Assembly (NCBI GenBank): GCA_965204815.1
Contig: OZ242014.1
Location: 680,532 to 744,531 of the forward strand
Direction of reading: 5' to 3'
Source: Dehalococcoidia bacterium
GTDB lineage: Bacteria > Chloroflexota > Dehalococcoidia > Lucifugimonadales > CATOSD01
Length of the DNA: 64,000 nucleotides
Made by a program: the position numbers and the translations under genes. Each line of letters opens with the position of its first letter. Position 1 is the first letter of the stretch. The notes under the pieces were generated by a model. The model saw nothing but the letters and a program-made list of their open reading frames with translations. It was not told the DNA's origin and did not search any database. Below, piece after piece: positions 46,553 to 55,132 of the stretch.

Positions 46553-47299
46553 CTACCTGTTCGCTTCGAGGAAGCGCCTCGAGCCGTCGAGTATGAGCGA
46601 GTTGAGCGCCACGGTCTCGGTTATGTCGGTGGACAGCTTGCGGCCGGCGGCGTGGATGCGTTCGCCGATGGCGTTCTGCGCCTCCTGGACGGCGGGGTGC
46701 TCGGGCTGGCCGGGGTAGCCCATGGACTGGGCGAGGTCGTTGGTGCCCCAGGCGAAGGCGTCGATGCCCTCCACCTCGAGGATGGCGTCCAGGTTGGCGA
46801 AGGCGGTGGCGGTTTCCAGCTGGCACATCACCAGCATCTCGGCATTGGCGTGGGTCATGTACTCCGAGCGGTCGAGGCCGGGCTGGTCTATCAGGCCGCT
46901 CTCGTTGTAGAAGGTGCCCCTGCCGCCGCCCCAGCTTCGTTGGCCCTCCGGGACGAACCGGCAGGCGTCCACCAGGGCCTTCGCCTGCTCCGCGGTGTCC
47001 ACATGCGGGCCCAACACGCCGATCACGCCGCGGTCGAGGAAGGAGTTGATGGTGGAGGGCATGATGTTGGGGACGCGGGCGGTGACGGTCAGGCCGTAGC
47101 CGTCGGCGGTGCGGCACATGTGGTCGATGGACTCGGGCGAAAAGAGGCCGTGCTCGCCGTCCAGATTCACGAAGTCGAAGCCGCCCAGCATTCCGGCGAG
47201 TTCGATGGCCTCTGCGGAGGGGAACACCAGGCCGAGGCCCAGTCCCTTCTTTCCCTGGCGGTTCTTTTCGAGGATATTGTTCGTGCGGAACCTTACCAT
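46553..47299 (-). CDS. HpcH/HpaI-family aldolase
   Basis: Length and segments (ARVPN, LDGEHG, MVMCQLET, IDAFAWGTNDL) fit the 2,4-dihydroxyhept-2-enedioate aldolase family. Confidence 0.75.
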   Translation of the reverse strand: MVRFRTNNILEKNRQGKKGLGLGLVFPSAEAIELAGMLGGFDFVNLDGEHGLFSPESIDHMCRTADGYGLTVTARVPNIMPSTINSFLDRGVIGVLGPHVDTAEQAKALVDACRFVPEGQRSWGGGRGTFYNESGLIDQPGLDRSEYMTHANAEMLVMCQLETATAFANLDAILEVEGIDAFAWGTNDLAQSMGYPGQPEHPAVQEAQNAIGERIHAAGRKLSTDITETVALNSLILDGSRRFLEANR

Positions 47300-47369
47300 T
47301 GCGCTTTCCTTGGGCTTATCTGTTTGGCTTGGCGGGACGTTTGCCTTATGTCGCGGACAAGGGGTTGGG

Positions 47370-47444
47370 TGGAGCGGGAGAAGGGATTCGAACCCTCGGC
47401 CCTCTGCTTGGGAAGCAGATGCTCTACCCCTGAGCTACTCCCGC
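47370..47444 (-). tRNA. tRNA-Gly (anticodon CCC), CCA encoded
   Basis: The reverse complement gcgggagtagctcaggggtagagcatctgcttcccaagcagagggccgagggttcgaatcccttctcccgctcca folds as a cloverleaf. It has a 7-bp acceptor stem, the anticodon loop TTCCCAA and a TTCGAAT T-loop. Confidence 0.9.
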
Positions 47445-47563
47445 GTTCGGCGTGGGGTTGATTTTAGCAAGTCGGTTGGGTTTGGACAAGGCGCTGCGCA
47501 GCTTGCGCAGTGATTGCATAAGATAGTATGATTTAATGACTCTGTGATTCATACGAGGTTGCC

Positions 47564-47794
47564 ATGCGAATATCTGAGCGAGGCCAGATCACTATCCCCA
47601 AGCCTCTGCGGGACCGCTATGGGATGAACCACAATGTCGAAGTCGACATTACACCGACCGAGCACGGATTGCTCATACGGAAGAGAGCCGCGGCGGAGCA
47701 CCCGGTGGAGCGCGTGTACGGGATCCTCGGCAGAGGAGCCCTAGGCCAGGGTGTCAGCGTCGACGACTATATCGACGAAATCCGTGGAAGATGA
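47564..47794 (+). CDS. vapB: AbrB/SpoVT-type antitoxin (VapB)
   Basis: MRISERGQITIPKPLRDRYG. It overlaps the PIN gene by 4 nt. Confidence 0.8.
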   Translation: MRISERGQITIPKPLRDRYGMNHNVEVDITPTEHGLLIRKRAAAEHPVERVYGILGRGALGQGVSVDDYIDEIRGR

Positions 47795-48180
47795 TCACTG
47801 CAGTCGACACCAACGTACTCCTGGATGTGTTCATACCCGACGATGAACATGGTCCCCAATCGAAAGAGTGGTTGACCGCTGCCTACAACTCAGGCGCCAT
47901 CATAGTATGCGACATCGTGTATGCGGAGCTCGTTCCATCCTTCGACGATCGGACTGCACTGGACAGGGCTCTACAAGATATCAACGCAGCGCTCTCCCCA
48001 ATCGACACGGAAGTCGCCTATGAGGCAGGACTGCGCTGGCTCAGATACCGCCGCCGGGGCGGGCCGCGTCAGCGGATCATCTCGGACTTTCTGATCGGCG
48101 CCCACGCCGTCGCCGTGGCTGACAGCTTCCTCACGAGGGATCGCGGCTTCTACACAACGTACTTTCCTGAATTGGCATGA
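47791..48180 (+). CDS. vapC: PIN-domain toxin VapC
   Basis: ITAVDTNVLLDVF...AELVP...DFLIGAHA...LTRD. Confidence 0.85.
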   Translation: MITAVDTNVLLDVFIPDDEHGPQSKEWLTAAYNSGAIIVCDIVYAELVPSFDDRTALDRALQDINAALSPIDTEVAYEAGLRWLRYRRRGGPRQRIISDFLIGAHAVAVADSFLTRDRGFYTTYFPELA

Positions 48181-48422
48181 GGCCGACCCGCGGGGGATCG
48201 CGCAATGGTTCCCTGGAGAGTCTCCAATTCCACTCCGCCGAATGGTTTGAACAGCTCATGTATGGCTGTGCCAAGATTCCTGTCCGGCGCGGCGTCTTCG
48301 TCAAGGGCCGCCCGCAGGATATCCCGGACCTCCTGCTCCATGGAGCGCCCGTTCTGGGCCGCCCGGATGCGTAGTCGACGCTTTAGCCCGTCGTCCAGAT
48401 TGCGCACGGTTATGCTGGCCAA
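48150..48422 (-). CDS. orphan ribbon-helix-helix antitoxin (FitA/Arc-like)
   Basis: (M)ASITVRNLDDGLKRRLRIRAAQNGRSMEQEVRDILRAAL. TTG start after AAGGAGG. No toxin gene lies downstream. Its 3' end overlaps the convergent vapC by 31 nt. Confidence 0.7.
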   Translation of the reverse strand: MASITVRNLDDGLKRRLRIRAAQNGRSMEQEVRDILRAALDEDAAPDRNLGTAIHELFKPFGGVELETLQGTIARSPAGRPHANSGKYVV

Positions 48423-48459
48423 GGCCCAGCCTCCTTGTCGTGATACGCAGAATTATACC

Positions 48460-48478
48460 ATGATTGCATTGCAATCAT
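48460..48478. promoter_or_regulatory. perfect 19-bp palindrome, probable operator
   Basis: ATGATTGCA-T-TGCAATCAT lies 38 nt upstream of the RHH gene start and next to a minus-strand TATAAT (48452-48457). Confidence 0.5.
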
Positions 48479-48647
48479 GAGTGAGAGCCAACTCGGACCG
48501 GACAGACCCGGCCGTGTTCGCGGAGGCCGGCTCGCTTGCGGACGTTGGCGTCGTCTTGTATATTGCAAAAGAGGGCAGCCGAGTCGGCGGCGCTTGTCTT
48601 TTGGATGGATTCACCAGCAAATCGTACTATCGCCGGGAGGTCTCACC

Positions 48648-49733
48648 ATGACGACCGACAATGAGTCTCTGAAGGCTGTCAAGGGATACGCCGATGACAA
48701 CGACCTGGACCTGGGGTGGATGGATACGCGCGGCGAGTGGGGCATCAAGGCCGAGCCGGGGCGACGCGGCCTGACGCTGGCCGACATCCAGGAAGGCTCC
48801 TACGGCGACGCGCCGGACCACAGCGACAACTACACGGGCAAGCCGAGGGGCGCCGCGTCGCGGCCCGGTTCCTTCCGCATCGGCGGCTACTCGGTGGCCA
48901 CCAAGTCCGACATCTGGCTGACCAACGCGGCCATGCTGTACGAGGAGGCGCTGCAGCGCCAGTGGAGCTCGGCGACGGACATCCCGTGGGACAGCGTGAA
49001 GCCGCTGCCCGACGACATCGAGCGCGCCCAGTGCCAGCTCGCCACGTTCCTGACGGAGGTGGAGTTCGTCGCGGCGGACGTTCCGGGCAGGTGGGTCGCC
49101 AACACGACGCCGGACTACTTCGAACCGCGAATGTTCCTCATCACGCAGATAATGGACGAGTCCCGGCACCTGGACGTGTTCCGCAAGCGGGCGTTCGCCA
49201 ACGGCGGAGGGCTGATGCAGCGGCCCACCATCACCACGAGCGGCGTGGTGGGCAACATCGACCTGTCCCGCGACTTCACCGAGATGTCCTCCAGGCTGCA
49301 CATATCGGGCGAGGGCGGCGTGCTCACCATCTTCCGCATGGGCGAGCTGATGGCCTACAACGAGGCCGAGAAGCGGATGTACCGGCTCGCCGCGCAGGAC
49401 GAGTCCCGGCACGTGGCGTTCGGAGTGATGCACATGCGCTACCTGTCCGAGACGGAGCCGGACCGCCGCGAGGAGGTCCACACGTACCTGGACGAGGGCG
49501 AGCGGGCCATGATGGCTGGCAACCAGAACCCGGCCGGCGGGGACTCCGTGACCACCGAGGCGATGGCGATACTGCTCGGCGGCGGCAAGAACAACTACGA
49601 CGAGGGCATCAAGAAGCTGATGGCCATACGCCGCCGGCAGGTGAAGGAGTACGTCCAGCGAATACGCTCGGCGGGCTTCGGGGAGCGCTTCGTCAACGGG
49701 CGCGCCAACGCCGAGATGATGGCGTATCTGTAG
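48648..49733 (+). CDS. ferritin-like carboxylate-bridged diiron protein (two DExRH motifs), putative catalytic subunit
   Basis: ATG at 48648 after GGAGG. TEVEF...(about 30 aa)...MDESRH and SGEGG...(about 30 aa)...QDESRH fit the E-x(28-37)-DExRH x2 signature of the diiron oxygenase/desaturase superfamily. Confidence 0.6.
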   Translation: MTTDNESLKAVKGYADDNDLDLGWMDTRGEWGIKAEPGRRGLTLADIQEGSYGDAPDHSDNYTGKPRGAASRPGSFRIGGYSVATKSDIWLTNAAMLYEEALQRQWSSATDIPWDSVKPLPDDIERAQCQLATFLTEVEFVAADVPGRWVANTTPDYFEPRMFLITQIMDESRHLDVFRKRAFANGGGLMQRPTITTSGVVGNIDLSRDFTEMSSRLHISGEGGVLTIFRMGELMAYNEAEKRMYRLAAQDESRHVAFGVMHMRYLSETEPDRREEVHTYLDEGERAMMAGNQNPAGGDSVTTEAMAILLGGGKNNYDEGIKKLMAIRRRQVKEYVQRIRSAGFGERFVNGRANAEMMAYL

Positions 49734-49787
49734 TGGTCGGTGGTCAGTGACCAGTAGTTGGTGGCCGGTGGCCGGAGTCTCTAACTA

Positions 49788-50855
49788 ATGACTGAGCAGA
49801 ACGCGCAGGAAGCCGTGGTGGAGGAGCCGGCCGCCGAGCCGGAGATTCCCGCGCCGTCGCTGGAGTGGATGGGCCGCACGCTGGAGTGGGGCGTCCGCGT
49901 GCGGCCGGGCAAGTCCGGCATGACCCTGGGCTCGCTCAACGTGGGCGTGTACGGCGACATCCCGGACCACTGGGACGACCAGACGCGAATGCCGCGCGGC
50001 GCGTACCCTATGCCGGGCGTACCGCCTATCGGCTTCAGCATCCGCAACAAGCACGAGCTGTGGGCCGACAACGCTGCCGACCTGTACGAGGAGGCCATCC
50101 AGCGGCGCTGGGCGCCGGCGACCGACGTCCCGTGGGACACTATCGAGCCGCTGCCGGACGACGTTGAGACCGCTATGTGCCAGCTCTCCACCGAGCTGAG
50201 CCAGCAGGCCAACGTGGAGTTCGAGACCATCGGCGGCTGGCTTCACCAGATGTCCTACGGCTACCACGAGGTCAAGAACTTCCTCGCCACCGAGATGTTC
50301 GACGCGGCGCGCCACTGCGAGGTCTTTCGCAAGCGCGCGCTCGCCAACGGCGGCGGCATGGGGCTGGAGAGCAAGGGCGACGTCAACCGCATGATCCTGG
50401 AGAGCAAGGGTGGCTGGACCGAGACGGTGCTGTTCCTGCACCTGCTGCGCGGCGACCTCACGATGACGGTGTACCGGTACGGGGAGCAGTTCGCCCACAA
50501 CGACGCCGAGCGGGTCATCTTCTCCCGCTGCGTGCAGGACAAGGCCCGCCACGTCGCCTACGGTCTCCAGCACTTGCGCTACGCGCTGTCGCACCAGCCG
50601 GACAAGGGGCTGGTGTTCCAGCGGCTGCTCAACATCGGCGAGCGAGTGCTGGAGCGCGAGCTCGAGGATCCGGCGTTCAGGGAGTCGTTGGCAATCATCC
50701 TGGGCGGCGGAATCGAGGGCGCGCGCGTGGGTATGGAGCGGTACGAACGGCTGATGGGCGACTACGTGCGGCAGTACCTGGCACACCTGGAGTGGCTCGG
50801 CATAGACCGGGGCCAGGGGTTCCCCGCCGGGCTGGCGCGGTACCTGGAGGCGTAG
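49788..50855 (+). CDS. paralog of the diiron protein lacking the Glu ligands (putative structural subunit)
   Basis: It is collinear with the upstream protein (LYEEAIQRRWAPATDVPWD vs LYEEALQRQWSSATDIPWD), but the motifs read FDAARH and QDKARH. Confidence 0.6.
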   Translation: MTEQNAQEAVVEEPAAEPEIPAPSLEWMGRTLEWGVRVRPGKSGMTLGSLNVGVYGDIPDHWDDQTRMPRGAYPMPGVPPIGFSIRNKHELWADNAADLYEEAIQRRWAPATDVPWDTIEPLPDDVETAMCQLSTELSQQANVEFETIGGWLHQMSYGYHEVKNFLATEMFDAARHCEVFRKRALANGGGMGLESKGDVNRMILESKGGWTETVLFLHLLRGDLTMTVYRYGEQFAHNDAERVIFSRCVQDKARHVAYGLQHLRYALSHQPDKGLVFQRLLNIGERVLERELEDPAFRESLAIILGGGIEGARVGMERYERLMGDYVRQYLAHLEWLGIDRGQGFPAGLARYLEA

Positions 50856-50857
50856 CC

Positions 50858-51295
50858 GTGCCGGTGTTCCCGTCCGTGGAGTGGTTCGACGCGGTGCGCG
50901 AGGTGTACAACTCCGACGATGCCTACCGCGGCGCGGGCGGCGGAATGTGCGACGCGCTGGTGGGCATCAAGATCGGGCAGCGGCTTTTCAAGCTCGTGTT
51001 CGAGGGTTTCGAGTGCTCCGGGGCGAGCGAGATCGTCGAGGCGGATCTGGAGGAGACGGACTTCTACCTGGACCTGAGCGCCGAGGAGTGGCGGGAGATG
51101 ATCGCCAACATCGGCGAGAACGGGGCGGCGGACTTTGACCACACGCTGAACACGCTGGACCTGGAGCTCGAAGACGGCCTGGCGCACTCCGCGACCGGGG
51201 ACCAGTACAGGCAGGACCTGTTCTTCCGGTACAACCAGACATTTCAGTTCTTTTTCGACGCCTCGGCCCGAATAGAGACCACGCAGGAAGAGTGA
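50858..51295 (+). CDS. SCP2-like (sterol/lipid carrier fold) protein, copy 1
   Basis: The GTG start is 3 nt after the preceding stop. VPVFPSVEWFDAVREVYN...ADFYLDLSAEEWREMI resembles the N-terminal pattern of bacterial SCP2-domain proteins. This assignment is tentative. Confidence 0.45.
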   Translation: MPVFPSVEWFDAVREVYNSDDAYRGAGGGMCDALVGIKIGQRLFKLVFEGFECSGASEIVEADLEETDFYLDLSAEEWREMIANIGENGAADFDHTLNTLDLELEDGLAHSATGDQYRQDLFFRYNQTFQFFFDASARIETTQEE

Positions 51296-51741
51296 CGCGA
51301 GTGCCGGAGTTTCCATCGCTGGAGTGGTTCGAGGAGGTTCGCAGCGCGGCCAACGCCGGCGGCGCGCTGCGCGGGCTGGGATCGTGCAACGCGAGCGTGG
51401 GTGCTAAGGTGGGAGAATGCGCCTACCTGCTGAGATTCGAGGGTTTCGAGTGCTCCGCCGTCGAGCGCATCGAACCGGATGAACTGCTGTACGCGGATTT
51501 CTACATCGACATGCCGCTCGACGAGTGGCACGCCCTCATACGCTGCATACGCGACAATGGCCGCGCCGACGCCGAGCACAGCCTGAACCGGCTCGACATC
51601 GCCGTGCCCGGGGGCATCGTGAAGTCGGCTGACGAGTACAAGCGCAACGGCTTTCTGCGCTACCATCTTACGCTGCAGGCCTTCTTCGATGCGGCGGCGG
51701 AGGTGGAGACGACGTTCCCGGCGCGGGAAGTCCGGGCGTAA
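51292..51741 (+). CDS. SCP2-like protein, copy 2 (paralog of 50858-51295)
   Basis: VPEFPSLEWFEEVRSAAN...ADFYIDMPLDEWHALI. It overlaps the stop of copy 1. An alternative start lies at 51301. Confidence 0.45.
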   Translation: MTRVPEFPSLEWFEEVRSAANAGGALRGLGSCNASVGAKVGECAYLLRFEGFECSAVERIEPDELLYADFYIDMPLDEWHALIRCIRDNGRADAEHSLNRLDIAVPGGIVKSADEYKRNGFLRYHLTLQAFFDAAAEVETTFPAREVRA

Positions 51742-51781
51742 GGCGTTCGGCGAGTCGAACGCTTCTTCCGAGGAAGGCGAA

Positions 51782-52078
51782 ATGCCCATATACGAGTACC
51801 GATGCCGCAGTTGCAGCCACAAGTCCAGCAAGCTATGGCGCAACTTCTCGCCGCCGGAGTCCATCGACTGCGAGCAGTGCGGCGACGGCGACACAACACG
51901 CGTCATATCGTCCGTGGCCTTCCACAAGTCGCTGTCCACGCGGCTGGGGGAGCTCGACCCCCGCTACGACAAGATGGTGGACGCGGCGGCGGCCAGCACC
52001 GCCGAGGCCGATCCGTACCGCTTCATGGGACGCGACATCCAGCGCATGAGCGACGCGCCGGAGCCGCCCGCGGAATAG
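51782..52078 (+). CDS. FmdB-family zinc-ribbon protein
   Basis: MPIYEYRCRSCSH...CEQCGDGD (CxxC...CxxC with the conserved YEYxC start). Confidence 0.75.
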   Translation: MPIYEYRCRSCSHKSSKLWRNFSPPESIDCEQCGDGDTTRVISSVAFHKSLSTRLGELDPRYDKMVDAAAASTAEADPYRFMGRDIQRMSDAPEPPAE

Positions 52079-52177
52079 GCCGCCTTCCCTTCGCCCCTAG
52101 CCTACTACCCTCGGATGTGCCATACTCTCTGCGGCGACACATCCGCGTCGTCGCATACCTGAACCCGTACACAAGAG

Positions 52178-52534
52178 GTGCCCGCTATGCCACTGCAACC
52201 CGCTATCCTGGAGATGGGACTGGGAATAGACCTTCACGGCGGCGATTACACCAAGGCCGCGCAGCGCGCCGTCTGGAACGCCGTTCACCAGAGCAGCCTG
52301 ATGTTCCTGGGACTGCTCGGCCCTGACACGAGCCGCGAGATGATCGTGGAGGTGACGCTGGGCATCCCTAAGCCGGAGGAGGTGGATGAGGAGGCGGTGC
52401 TCAGTGTGCTGCCGCACGGCAAGGGCGTGCTCAAGGCGGTGCCGGGCGGGTTGGAGATCGAGCCGCGTGAGGGTTCCGGCGACCGCACCATCATGGCGAA
52501 CGCGGCGCTAGTGGTAAAGGTGGACGTGCCTTAG
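52178..52534 (+). CDS. Lin0512-family conserved hypothetical protein
   Basis: EMGLGIDLHGGDYTKAAQRAVWNAV resembles the family signature as I recall it. Length is 118 aa. Confidence 0.5.
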   Translation: MPAMPLQPAILEMGLGIDLHGGDYTKAAQRAVWNAVHQSSLMFLGLLGPDTSREMIVEVTLGIPKPEEVDEEAVLSVLPHGKGVLKAVPGGLEIEPREGSGDRTIMANAALVVKVDVP

Positions 52535-52605
52535 GCTGGGGCCGGTTCTCGCCGCAGCTCAGCCTCCCCATTCCCGCGCGCCGCAATCCACAGGAGACCC
52601 GACCC

Positions 52606-53541
52606 ATGCAGACTATCGCCAACGGCCCGGGCAACTGGGCCTACGTCATAGGGCCGTACCGCGAGCCGGTGGCCACGGTGCGGCCTGGCGAGACGTTCGC
52701 CGTCGAGACGGATGACGCTTTCGAGAACAGGATCGACTCGCCCGACGCCGATATCACCAAGCTGATCGTGCTGCCCTTCGTCAATCCGCTGGCTGGGCCG
52801 ATCTACGTCGACGGCGCGGAGAAGGGCGACACGCTGGCGGTGACGATTCACTCGATCGACGTGACCCGCGACTACGGCGTGAGTGCGCTCATCCCGGAGT
52901 TCGGCGGCCTGTGCGGCACCGTGTTCACGCGCACGCTGAACCCGCCGCTGCCGCCGCGGGTGATGCTGCACCCCATCAGTGATGGGGAAGTCACCTTCTC
53001 GGAGCAACTCGACATTCCGACGATACCCTACGAGCCGTTCTACGGCACGATAGGGACGGCGCCGGAGGTGGAGGCGGTGTCGTCGCTTTCGCCCGGTTTT
53101 CACGGCGGTAACATGGACGCCGCGGACGTGGCGCCGGGCAACACGGTGCACCTGCCTGTGAACGTGCCGGGTGGGCTGCTGCACGTGGGCGACGGTCACG
53201 CGGCGCAGGGCGACGCGGAGGTGTGCGGGGTGGCGACGGAGATACCGACGCGGGGCGTCTTCACTGTGGACCTTATCAAGCAGAAGCCGATTGCGACGCC
53301 ACGCGTCGAGTCCGACGACTTCATCATGACTATCGGCAGCGCCCGCCCGATGGAGGACGCCGCCCGCATCGCGTTCTACGAGCTGGTGATGTGGCTGGAA
53401 GCCGACTACGGCATCGAACGGCTGATGGCGTACCAGCTCTGCTCGCAGGTGGCGCGGGTGCGGCTGGCGAACATGGTGGACATCCTGTACTCCGTGGTCG
53501 CCAAGTTCCCGAAGCGTTACCTGCCACAGGTGGCGGCGTGA
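52606..53541 (+). CDS. acetamidase/formamidase family amidase
   Basis: The length, the segment GPIYVDGAEKGDTLAV, and the association with an FmdB zinc-ribbon gene upstream. Confidence 0.7.
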   Translation: MQTIANGPGNWAYVIGPYREPVATVRPGETFAVETDDAFENRIDSPDADITKLIVLPFVNPLAGPIYVDGAEKGDTLAVTIHSIDVTRDYGVSALIPEFGGLCGTVFTRTLNPPLPPRVMLHPISDGEVTFSEQLDIPTIPYEPFYGTIGTAPEVEAVSSLSPGFHGGNMDAADVAPGNTVHLPVNVPGGLLHVGDGHAAQGDAEVCGVATEIPTRGVFTVDLIKQKPIATPRVESDDFIMTIGSARPMEDAARIAFYELVMWLEADYGIERLMAYQLCSQVARVRLANMVDILYSVVAKFPKRYLPQVAA

Positions 53542-54374
53542 GCGACGACGGACCGGCTCCCACCAGCGGTCACGTGGACGCCGGGGGCGTGCGGCTGCAC
53601 TACGTCGACTGGGGCAATCACGGCGCGCCGGCGATGGTGCTGCTGCACGGTCTCCAGGACTGCGCGCGCAGTTGGGACTTTTTCGCGGCGAGCATGAGCA
53701 CGGACTACCACGTCGTGGCGCTGGACCATCGCGGACACGGCGACAGCGGCAGGGCGACGGCTGAGACATACGGCCTGCGGGACTACGTGTCCGACGTGCA
53801 CGCGCTGGTCGACCACCTGGGGCTGCGGTCGATAACGCTGGTCGGCCACTCGGCGGGAGGGCGCAACGCCTTCATGTTCGCGCTGGACCGCCCGGAACTG
53901 GTGCGGGCGCTGGTGATAGTGGACATCGATCCGGACGCGGTGAATCCCGATTCGCGGCAGATGTTCGTCCGCTACAACACCGAGTCGGACGAGTGGGAGT
54001 CGCTTGCCGCGGTCGTGGAGCGGCTGCGGAGCCGCCAGCCGAACTCCAGCGAGGAGATGCTGTCGCACCAGGCGCTGCACATGACCTCGGAGTTGGCCGA
54101 CGGCCGGCGGGCGTGGAAGCGGGACCGCGCGCTGCTGGCGGCCTACGAGCGCCCGGACCTGTGGGCGGAGTGGTCGCGGCTGCGCTGCCCGACGCTGGTG
54201 CTGCGCGGGCGGCAGAGCGAGCTGCTGACGCACGAGGTGGCGGTGCGGATGAGGGAGGCGGTGCCGGGTGCGCGGCTCGCGGAGCTGGAGGGCGGAGGGC
54301 ACTGGTTCTACCAGGAGCAGCCGAGCGACTTCGAGGGGGCGGTGAGGTGGTTTCTGGAGGGGCTTGAGGAATAG
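53538..54374 (+). CDS. alpha/beta-fold hydrolase
   Basis: GVRLHYVDWGNHGAPAMVLLHG...LVGHSAGG...GGGHWFYQEQP. The GTG start overlaps the amidase stop (GTGA). Confidence 0.8.
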   Translation: MSDDGPAPTSGHVDAGGVRLHYVDWGNHGAPAMVLLHGLQDCARSWDFFAASMSTDYHVVALDHRGHGDSGRATAETYGLRDYVSDVHALVDHLGLRSITLVGHSAGGRNAFMFALDRPELVRALVIVDIDPDAVNPDSRQMFVRYNTESDEWESLAAVVERLRSRQPNSSEEMLSHQALHMTSELADGRRAWKRDRALLAAYERPDLWAEWSRLRCPTLVLRGRQSELLTHEVAVRMREAVPGARLAELEGGGHWFYQEQPSDFEGAVRWFLEGLEE

Positions 54375-54377
54375 GGG

Positions 54378-54812
54378 CTAACGCAGCTTTTCGGCCATGC
54401 AGGTGAAGAACTGGGACATGAGGGTTTTGGAGACGGTGCCGAGGAGGCGCTGGCCCACTCTGGCTACGACGCCGGTCACGCGGGCATCGCCCTCCACCGT
54501 GACGCGTGTGCCGTCGCCGTCGGGCGCGAAGGTGAGCACGCCCTCTCCCCGGATTCCGCCGCCTCTGCCTCTGCCCTGCACTATCATCCGGTACGATTCG
54601 GCGTGCTTCCGGTCGGCTACGGTGACCTTGCCGGTGTAGCGTCCGGATATGCCGGCGACGCCGACGCGCATCACCACGTCGTAGCTGTCGCCGCCGGTTG
54701 GATCGAATCGCTCACAGCCGGGCAGGCACGCGGAGAGCGCGTTGGGGTCGAGCATGTGGTCCCAGACGGTCTCGACTCCGGCCGGGAAGGTGAAGGCGCC
54801 CTCGATCTTCAA
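54378..54812 (-). CDS. CoxG-like SRPBCC protein
   Basis: MKIEGAFTFPAGVETVWDHMLDPNALSACLPGCE...GISGRYTGKV. Confidence 0.75.
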   Translation of the reverse strand: MKIEGAFTFPAGVETVWDHMLDPNALSACLPGCERFDPTGGDSYDVVMRVGVAGISGRYTGKVTVADRKHAESYRMIVQGRGRGGGIRGEGVLTFAPDGDGTRVTVEGDARVTGVVARVGQRLLGTVSKTLMSQFFTCMAEKLR

Positions 54813-55117
54813 GTGGCGTTCCCCTCGCCGGTGCCCTCTTGCGCCGGATTGTCGGCGACTACGGCTTGCTGCTCACCGACGGCGCGGCGCTGGATTTCGG
54901 AGAGTACGCGGAGGTGCTGGCCGAGGTAGCAGCCGCCGAAGTACATGACGTACCACTCTCGCTCGTCCCAGGTGGTGGAGGTCGTGCGCTTGGGCTCCAG
55001 CTTGTGGGCGACGAGGTAGTCGCGCACTTCCCGGTCTTCGGGGTCGGGCGTCTCCTCATCGAAGAAGAGGTAGACGGCGTGCATGAGCCAGTCTTTGGGT
55101 TCGAGTCGGACGATCAC
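54809..55117 (-). CDS. hypothetical protein
   Basis: 102-aa ORF overlapping the coxG-like start by 4 nt. I recognise no motif. Confidence 0.4.
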   Translation of the reverse strand: MIVRLEPKDWLMHAVYLFFDEETPDPEDREVRDYLVAHKLEPKRTTSTTWDEREWYVMYFGGCYLGQHLRVLSEIQRRAVGEQQAVVADNPAQEGTGEGNAT

Positions 55118-55132
55118 GTCGTCATCCCTGCC

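Noticed and set aside
47370-48422. tRNA-Gly-anchored genomic island carrying the TA genes
   Set aside because: The TA genes lie on the 5' side of the minus-strand tRNA. I found no integrase and no direct repeat of the tRNA 3' end in the following kilobases.
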